IMG/VR virus record: IMGVR_UViG_3300040758_000220
Reading direction: 5' to 3' (one strand)
DNA from: an uncultured virus (IMG/VR IMGVR_UViG_3300040758_000220)
Lineage: Duplodnaviria; Heunggongvirae; Uroviricota; Caudoviricetes
DNA length: 64,000 nucleotides
Shown: positions 58,570 through 64,000 of the stretch, one piece after another
How positions within the stretch are numbered: the stretch's first letter is position 1
How the letters are laid out: each line of letters begins with the position of its first letter
Made by a program: the position numbers and the translations under genes
Notes under the pieces: generated by a model
The model's database searches: none
The model's input: the letters and a program-made list of their open reading frames with translations, nothing else
What the model was told of the DNA's origin: nothing

Positions 58570-58946
58570 CGCTCGCGTTCATCAGGATTGAGGACGCGGG
58601 CGATCTTCCTCGTGAGCGCGTCATTTTGAGGGCGCAGGCAGACGTTGACGTTGGGATGTACGCCCTCCTCCAAGGCGCCGCGATTAAGGAGGATAGTAAG
58701 CCGGACAACACGGCGGTTTATGCAGGCGCGCAGGCGAACGCTTTTTGGTTTCCCCGCAAGGAGATAAAGAAAAGCGATTGGGTTGTCGTTTATACAAAGG
58801 CAGGCGATCGGAGCGAGAAGGCCGCCGAAAACGGCCCTACCTCGCACTTCTACTATTGGAGGAAGGGCCGAGTGATCTGGTCTCCTGGAACGGCGGTGAT
58901 AGTTTTATACGCTCCGTCCTGGGAAATAGGGCCGCCGGTTCCGTAA
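58566..58946 (+). CDS. Cargo beta-sandwich protein (lamin-tail-like)
   Basis: GTGA-coupled; ERVIL......G.Y, FWFP...I...D.VVVYTK.G, FYYW.....IW. Confidence 0.6.
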   Translation: MTLAFIRIEDAGDLPRERVILRAQADVDVGMYALLQGAAIKEDSKPDNTAVYAGAQANAFWFPRKEIKKSDWVVVYTKAGDRSEKAAENGPTSHFYYWRKGRVIWSPGTAVIVLYAPSWEIGPPVP

Positions 58947-58950
58947 TCGG

Positions 58951-59193
58951 CTAAAGGTCCGCCAGCGCCAGCACCGTGATTCCAAGCACGGTCAGGCAGG
59001 CCAGGAAGAACGTCACGGAGAAGGTTCCGCGCGCCAGTTTGGCCGTAACCGATCCCTCCGTCTCCCCCTCGAATCCGTGCTCCCGGAGCCGGCGGGCAAG
59101 CTCGGCATAGGTCACGTCTGCCCGCTTTAGCTCGGCCTTGAGCAACCGACGCGCCTTGTCGGCCCACTCCTTCTCTTTGGTTGCAAGCCCCAT
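58951..59193 (-). CDS. DUF6471-like HTH regulator
   Basis: W...ARRLLKAELKRA.VTY.ELA.RL; paralogue of 50167-50394. Confidence 0.85.
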   Translation of the reverse strand: MGLATKEKEWADKARRLLKAELKRADVTYAELARRLREHGFEGETEGSVTAKLARGTFSVTFFLACLTVLGITVLALADL

Positions 59194-59302
59194 CTGGCTA
59201 CCTCACTTTTCTGTCCGGACCCTGACTAATATGTCAGTTTCCTGTTGACAAAGCAAGGTCAGCATCCTTATATATCTGTCAGCAAGCAGACGGATATGTA
59301 AG

Positions 59303-60289
59303 ATGTCCCAACACTTCCTCCTCTCCGCCGCCGCTCGCACCCTCTCCCTGGGCGCCGTGCTTCGCATGACCCCCGAGGAAGCCGAGGCGGCTTTCCGGTC
59401 GATCCGCTGGCATGACACAGATGGCAAGCCGGTGTGCCCGCACTGCGGCTGCCCCACGGTATGGGACTGCCGCAAAGCCAATGGCGCCCCGCGCTGGCGT
59501 TGCAAGGCGTGCCGCAAGTGCTTCTCGGTCACGTCCGGGACGCTGTTCGCGTTCCACAAGCTGCCCATCCGCGATTACCTCGCGGCCATCGCCATCTTTT
59601 GCAACGAGGTGAAGGGCAAATCGGCCCTGGCGCTGTCCCGCGATCTGGGGACACAGTACAAGACCGCTTTCGTCCTAGCGCACAAGCTGCGCGAGGCGAT
59701 GGCGTCGGAACTCAAGGGCCTGATGGTGGGCGGACCCGGCAAGGTCGTGGAAACTGACGGCGGCTATTTTGGCGGCTACGTAAAGCCGGCCAACTACAAG
59801 GAGAACCGCCGCGACCGCAGGCTGGCGCAGAACCAGAACGGCAAACGCCAGGTCGTGGTGGTGGTCCGGGAGCGGGATGGGCGCACCCTGCCGGCCGTGT
59901 TCAAGTCCGAGGGCGCCGCGCTGGGGTTCATAACGTCCCGCGTTGCCAAGGGCACCGAGCTTGTGGCCGACGAAGCCGCGTCGTGGAATGACCTACAGGC
60001 CCGGTTCGCCATGCAGCGGATCGACCACGGGCAAGCGTACTCGGATCGCGGCGTCTACTCGAATGGCGCCGAAGAGTTCTTCTCCCGGATGCGCCGGGGC
60101 GAGATCGGGCACCACCACCACGTCGCCGGGCCGTATCTGATCCGCTACGCGCAAGAGGCGTCCTGGCGCGAGGATCACCGGCGGGTGGACAACGGCCGGC
60201 AGGTCCAGGGCGTGATGGGGCTGGCGATGGCTTGCCGGCCGAGCGTGGACTGGTGTGGGTACTGGCAGAGGGCGCAGAAGGCGGCGTAG
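59303..60289 (+). CDS. IS1595-family DDE transposase
   Basis: Zn ribbon CPHCG/CKAC, VETDG, VADE, SNGAEE; clearly homologous to 49072-50055. Confidence 0.95.
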   Translation: MSQHFLLSAAARTLSLGAVLRMTPEEAEAAFRSIRWHDTDGKPVCPHCGCPTVWDCRKANGAPRWRCKACRKCFSVTSGTLFAFHKLPIRDYLAAIAIFCNEVKGKSALALSRDLGTQYKTAFVLAHKLREAMASELKGLMVGGPGKVVETDGGYFGGYVKPANYKENRRDRRLAQNQNGKRQVVVVVRERDGRTLPAVFKSEGAALGFITSRVAKGTELVADEAASWNDLQARFAMQRIDHGQAYSDRGVYSNGAEEFFSRMRRGEIGHHHHVAGPYLIRYAQEASWREDHRRVDNGRQVQGVMGLAMACRPSVDWCGYWQRAQKAA

Positions 60290-60295
60290 CGCCAC

Positions 60296-60790
60296 TCAGG
60301 CCGCTTCCGAGTATTCCTTCACTGGGCCGGGCTGATTGTCCACTAGCGCATCAAATTCCGCGTCTCTCCGTTTCCGAAGCATTTCGGTGGCCCACCGCAT
60401 CAGACTGGTGGATGGCGCCCCACGCTTGCGCATCATCTCCAGTTGGGGGGGCACATAAAGGAGTGACTGAGTATGGCGCTCGGCAAGTCGTCCAAGCGCT
60501 TCGCCGCGCCCGGTGTTGGCCCAGGCCCACTCGAAATCGTCCTTGAGGAATTCAAACGGCGTTGCTAATCTGTCCCGCAGGACGCGCCCCACGAGCCCAG
60601 CCTCTTGCTCCTTGAGACGGACGCGGGCGATCAGTCCCAAAACGCGTACAGGACCGTATGTCATCTCGGCGATGACGCCGAGAGGGATGATGTGGCCGGC
60701 TTCCCGTTGCAGATCGCAATGGTACACGATGCGCGACAGGGTGAGGCGACCCGGCCGGATCGCTACCACGTTGTCGGTCATCAAACGCAC
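60296..60790 (-). CDS. DUF3037-like partner of a HipA-like kinase
   Basis: IVY..D.......IPLGVI pattern; directly downstream of the kinase. Confidence 0.55.
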   Translation of the reverse strand: MRLMTDNVVAIRPGRLTLSRIVYHCDLQREAGHIIPLGVIAEMTYGPVRVLGLIARVRLKEQEAGLVGRVLRDRLATPFEFLKDDFEWAWANTGRGEALGRLAERHTQSLLYVPPQLEMMRKRGAPSTSLMRWATEMLRKRRDAEFDALVDNQPGPVKEYSEAA

Positions 60791-60794
60791 TCCT

Positions 60795-61595
60795 TCAGAC
60801 GCCCAACACGGCCCGAAGGCCGGTCCTTCGGGCCAGCAGGTTACCTAGTATGTTCGCTCGGAATGGCTGTGGCAAGTAGAACATAGGGAGTCGGTTCACC
60901 AGCCTGGCAATCTCCCCTTCGGGGAGAGCGCATATCCGATCGGCTGTTTCGGCCATCACGTCGGCGTGATCCGCTCCCGGCAGCCCAGGTCCCAGGAGCG
61001 CGACCGGGCTGGTTGGCCCTTTCCAGCTATAGGACATGGAGTGGCCATGATCGTAAAAACCGGTCTGACCTTCCTCGTCAGGGCTGTCTAAGTTGAAATT
61101 GACGTGATCGAGCTTCCGGTCGCCATCGCCGATCCAAGTGTGGAACACCCGCATGGCGGAAAATGTCGGCAGGGCGCCAGACGCCTGCTGCCCCGAGATA
61201 AGGTTCCGCTTGGCAGCCTCATTCCATTTCATCGACTGATGAAAGGCCCAGGCGGATATTGATCGCCCCAGCTTGTATTGTCCTGGCGCAGATGCGCCCC
61301 AAAGGACAACAGGACAGACCGGGAGAGCGAGTAGATAGGCCAAATCGAACGCCAGTTTCTCGTGGGCCGCTCGACAATGTCCGGTCTCGCCGCCCTTGTT
61401 TGGCCCCGGCTTAGCGACGCCGCGCACCCCGCTAATCTTGTTAACGACATTGATGGATTGGGATTCCCCTTCCGGGAGAGCCGCCCCCTCTCTCCACTCA
61501 TCAGGTGATGTCTCAATCGTCGCAAACCACTCATCTCGGAAGGACCGTTGAACTACCGAAAATCGTACTGCGGCCGCTGTGCGCCGACCACTCAT
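60795..61595 (-). CDS. HipA-like (PI3/PI4-kinase fold) protein kinase
   Basis: VAK, HEKLA.DLA..L.LPV.P, FHTWIG.GDR, YDHG, L..RR. Confidence 0.75.
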   Translation of the reverse strand: MSGRRTAAAVRFSVVQRSFRDEWFATIETSPDEWREGAALPEGESQSINVVNKISGVRGVAKPGPNKGGETGHCRAAHEKLAFDLAYLLALPVCPVVLWGASAPGQYKLGRSISAWAFHQSMKWNEAAKRNLISGQQASGALPTFSAMRVFHTWIGDGDRKLDHVNFNLDSPDEEGQTGFYDHGHSMSYSWKGPTSPVALLGPGLPGADHADVMAETADRICALPEGEIARLVNRLPMFYLPQPFRANILGNLLARRTGLRAVLGV

Positions 61596-61765
61596 GGCAA
61601 TTCACTCCAATAAAGTGCCCCACGGTGGCATCCCCGGATGTGACAGAAGATAGGTCCCACGCGAGGCACTTCGTCAACTAGATATGGGCGCGTCTTGCCC
61701 TGGTTACCCCCAAGATACGCGATTGTGGCCGACTCGGCACAATCGGACGAGTCGGTCGCCTGATT

Positions 61766-62536
61766 TTAGGCAGCGCCGTCGGACGGGAGCAGAGAAGCGG
61801 CTAGGCGGCTGCGAGCAAGGCCCGCTTCTGCCCTATCGAGGTCGCGTCCGATTTTCGACCGGCACTGAGCCAGAAGGCGCCCGTCAACGCTTGACGGTAG
61901 GCCCCGCCCCATCTCCCACATATCATGAACGGCCGCGACATCGGACGGGGTTAGTCTGGGGGCAAACTGAGAGACGACATCGTCTATGGCGACTTGGACA
62001 TCCGTGGCCTGTTTCGTCGTCCCGTCGATCTCGCCCTCCGTGATTTCTGATGTCGAGTAGATGCCCTTCTTGGTGGGAACCGCAAACAACATGCCCTTCT
62101 GCACCATTCGATAAAGCTTTGATGTCAACTGGTTACGCTTGTGTATTTCCTTAGTGGCCTTGTACAACCCGATCAATATCCTATCCAGCGATAGGATGCC
62201 CCCCGCCTCATTGATCAGATTGAGAATGGCGAACTCAAGCTTGTCGGCGTTCGACACGCTCAGCTCAGCCAACAGTTCCTCGGGAAGGTCTGCGACGTCC
62301 TCCGGTGTCAGTGTCAGCCGCTGGGCCAACCCAGGGCGAACGGCGGCGTGGCCGGCCGTTGCGGCGTCTAGCTCCCTTTGTGCGGCCACCAAGCTATCCG
62401 CGAGGTTAGCGAATTGACTTGCTGACTGAATATGACGATCATGACGCCACGGCTCCCCCGCATAGCGGTGGGCTAACTTCTCGTGAACTCCCTGTTGTTC
62501 CTTGACAAAAGGGAGATAGCTAACTAGATTGCTCAA
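61766..62536 (-). CDS. Winged-helix-like protein downstream of the atypical tRNA
   Basis: AGGAG RBS plus TTG start about 20 nt after the tRNA CCA; LSLDRILIGLY...LTSKLYRMVQKG....V..KKGIY wHTH pattern. Confidence 0.7.
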   Translation of the reverse strand: MSNLVSYLPFVKEQQGVHEKLAHRYAGEPWRHDRHIQSASQFANLADSLVAAQRELDAATAGHAAVRPGLAQRLTLTPEDVADLPEELLAELSVSNADKLEFAILNLINEAGGILSLDRILIGLYKATKEIHKRNQLTSKLYRMVQKGMLFAVPTKKGIYSTSEITEGEIDGTTKQATDVQVAIDDVVSQFAPRLTPSDVAAVHDMWEMGRGLPSSVDGRLLAQCRSKIGRDLDRAEAGLARSRLAASLLPSDGAA

Positions 62537-62556
62537 GCTCAGTCTCCTAGATTGAG

Positions 62557-62650
62557 TGGCGGAAGGGGCGGGATTCGAACCCGCGGTACCCCGGCTAGGG
62601 GGTACGAGGTGTTGGTAGCACCCCGGCATAGGCCGCTCGCCCACCCTTCC
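62557..62650 (-). tRNA. Atypical tRNA: serine-type body with Gly anticodon ACC
   Basis: GGAAGGG TG GGCG AGCGGCCTA TGCC G GGGTG CTACCAA CACCT C GTACCCC CTAGCC GGGGTAC C GCGGG TTCGAAT CCCGC CCCTTCC G CCA; all stems pair and CCA is encoded. Confidence 0.92.
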
Positions 62651-62774
62651 ACGATGCACCGGCACCATTGCCGGCATGTCTTCGTCTTCTTCCTCTGCAG
62701 AACCACACACACTTCCGTATCAATATCGCGAAGGGGCTTGTGCCGTAGCGGTGCAGGCCCCTTCCGCGTTACGA

Positions 62775-62803
62775 ATTATAGGCGAAGACGAACCGAATTG
62801 TAA
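62775..62803 (-). promoter_or_regulatory. Sigma70-like promoter upstream of the tRNA
   Basis: TTACAA-N17-TATAAT (consensus -10) on the minus strand. Confidence 0.6.
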
Positions 62804-62945
62804 GTAGAGGCGAGCCGGCTCGTGGCCGGCGCGTGAGTAACGCGAATTTGTTCGCATTCCGTCCCATGACGCGCGACTAGATTGGTTTGAGTCGCAATTA
62901 TGCGACGCGCCGAAAATGGGAGCGGGGCGTCCGCGAAATGGCGCC

Positions 62946-63362
62946 CTACACCAGCGCGCGCCGCGTCGCCTTCCCCATCCCCACCGTCCGCGCCATGCCC
63001 CGGGCCTGGAGCTTGCCGAACGTCTCCCGGAGCTTGGTCCGCGTCCGCTTCATGGTGTGCCGATCCGGGAACCGGACACCCTTCGCCCGGAGCGCGCCCA
63101 GCGCCATGTCCCGAATCGCCAGCGGCTTCTCGGCCTCGCGGAGCATGTCGATCGCCAGCCGGCGTAGCTCGCCCCGCTTGAAGATCGGGTTGGGCTTGTG
63201 GAACCGGGGCGGCAGCTTGAGGTCGGGGGCGATGGCCTGGATGCGGGCTTCTAGGTCCGCTAGCTTGTCGCGGTAGCCCTGAGCGAGCGTCTCGGCTTGC
63301 TTCAAGGCAAAGTGGCAGCGGGTCCGGGCGCGGCGGAGCTTGGTTAGGTCTGTGTCTTTCAC
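62946..63362 (-). CDS. Coiled-coil plus winged-helix-like accessory protein
   Basis: FKRGELRRL....LREAEKP; same position inside the IR as 47470-47922. Confidence 0.7.
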   Translation of the reverse strand: MKDTDLTKLRRARTRCHFALKQAETLAQGYRDKLADLEARIQAIAPDLKLPPRFHKPNPIFKRGELRRLAIDMLREAEKPLAIRDMALGALRAKGVRFPDRHTMKRTRTKLRETFGKLQARGMARTVGMGKATRRALV

Positions 63363-63431
63363 GCCGGATATGCTAGAGAATCAGCGGCTTGGAGGCTTTG
63401 GCCTTGTGGTGCCCGTTGCTACATAATACCG

Positions 63432-63709
63432 CTGGATTGCCCGACATGGACCTGTTCTCCTACGCCCCACCCACCTCCCCGACCCCACGCGAGGAACCCT
63501 CCGCCGCCCTGTTCCCGGATGCCACGCCGCCAGAGCAGGTGCGGTGCTCCGGTGATTGCGTCTGGATCGAGTTTGGGCTGGCAACGGCTGAGAGCGGGTG
63601 CGAGATGTGCCGGGCGATTGATCTGGCGTCGGGGGTGTACGTGCCGTTTGCGGTTACGGTGCGGGAGGTGTTTGGGGAGGCGGTTGACGACGCGGCTATG
63701 TCGGGCTAA
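63432..63709 (+). pseudogene. 3' part of a phage gene split by IS1595 element 2 (5' end: ATG at 57960)
   Basis: AAGGAG RBS plus ATG GCT GGA TTG at 57960 joins CCC GAC ATG... after the element is removed; an internal ATG could allow a restart. Confidence 0.65.
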
Positions 63710-63742
63710 TGTTGTGGGAACGCCGCCATAAGGGGTCCGCCC

Positions 63743-63961
63743 ATGCCTTCCGATCAATTCCGCGTGAGTGTTTACCTACCCCGGGATGCGGAAGCGGTGG
63801 TCCGCAGCATTGCAGCGCGGCGCGGGATAGGTGTCAATGCCGTGTTCCGGCTGGCGCTTGGTGTTCTCCAGGCCCATGAGGATGCGCGGGAAGCTGGGCA
63901 GTATGTCGGCACGACGCGGGTGCGGGAGCATTTGGAACAAGTGATCGTGGCACCGCTCTGA
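63743..63961 (+). CDS. CopG/RHH-like DNA-binding protein
   Basis: RVSVYLP.......V..IA..RG.....VFR.AL. Confidence 0.65.
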   Translation: MPSDQFRVSVYLPRDAEAVVRSIAARRGIGVNAVFRLALGVLQAHEDAREAGQYVGTTRVREHLEQVIVAPL

Positions 63962-64000
63962 CGCCTCACTCGGCAGTGCCGTGATCCCCCCAATCGAGAC

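Larger units (their letters stand above)
57972..63431. mobile_element. IS1595-family cargo transposon 2 (5460 bp)
   Basis: Perfect 25-bp inverted repeats CGGTATTATGTAGCAACGGGCACCA (57972-57996, 63407-63431); 8-bp duplication CTGGATTG. Confidence 0.95.
1..64000. mobile_element. Temperate phage/prophage region with podovirus-like morphogenesis module
   Basis: Co-oriented, overlapping terminase-portal-scaffold-capsid-adaptor-nozzle-internal protein genes and many short phage-type ORFs. No host housekeeping genes; no att site or genome end visible. Confidence 0.92.

Noticed and set aside
62557..62650. tRNA as selenocysteine tRNA, suppressor tRNA or prophage att site
   Set aside because: The anticodon is ACC, not UCA or CUA; the fold is 7/5, not 8/5; it lies inside transposon IRs and no duplicated 3' fragment or integrase was seen.
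61766..62710. 314-aa version of the wHTH ORF
   Set aside because: The N-terminal extension runs through the tRNA; an RBS and TTG at 62536 give a better start.
1..64000. Genome-wide TAG recoding
   Set aside because: Only one in-frame TAG was found, several genes end normally in TAG, and no suppressor tRNA is visible.

Overview
A high-GC, alphaproteobacterial-looking temperate phage or prophage segment with a podovirus-like gene set, mostly on the minus strand. It encodes terminase, portal, scaffold, major capsid, two head-tail adaptors, nozzle, tail fibre and spike, and large internal (ejection) proteins; no tape measure or tail tube gene is evident. It also holds five signal-peptide-bearing fibre/lectin-like genes, lysis-type membrane genes and glycan-related genes. 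Selfish elements are abundant: three free-standing HNH-type endonucleases, one complete IS200/IS605 element (tnpA+tnpB, 40330-41990), one tnpB with no left end, and two IS1595-family cargo transposons with perfect terminal inverted repeats and 8-bp target duplications (47401-51487 and 57972-63431). The most striking feature lies in the second transposon. It is a complete 94-nt tRNA gene (62557-62650, minus) with a serine-type body (G1-C72, G2-C71, A3-U70, G73, long variable arm) but a glycine ACC anticodon. It has its own promoter and a leader complementary to its acceptor stem, and it is followed by a winged-helix-like gene and a HipA-like kinase/DUF3037-like pair. This is a candidate tRNA-based mistranslation (Gly to Ser) toxin or defence module. 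All product calls come from motifs recognised by eye; no database search was run.
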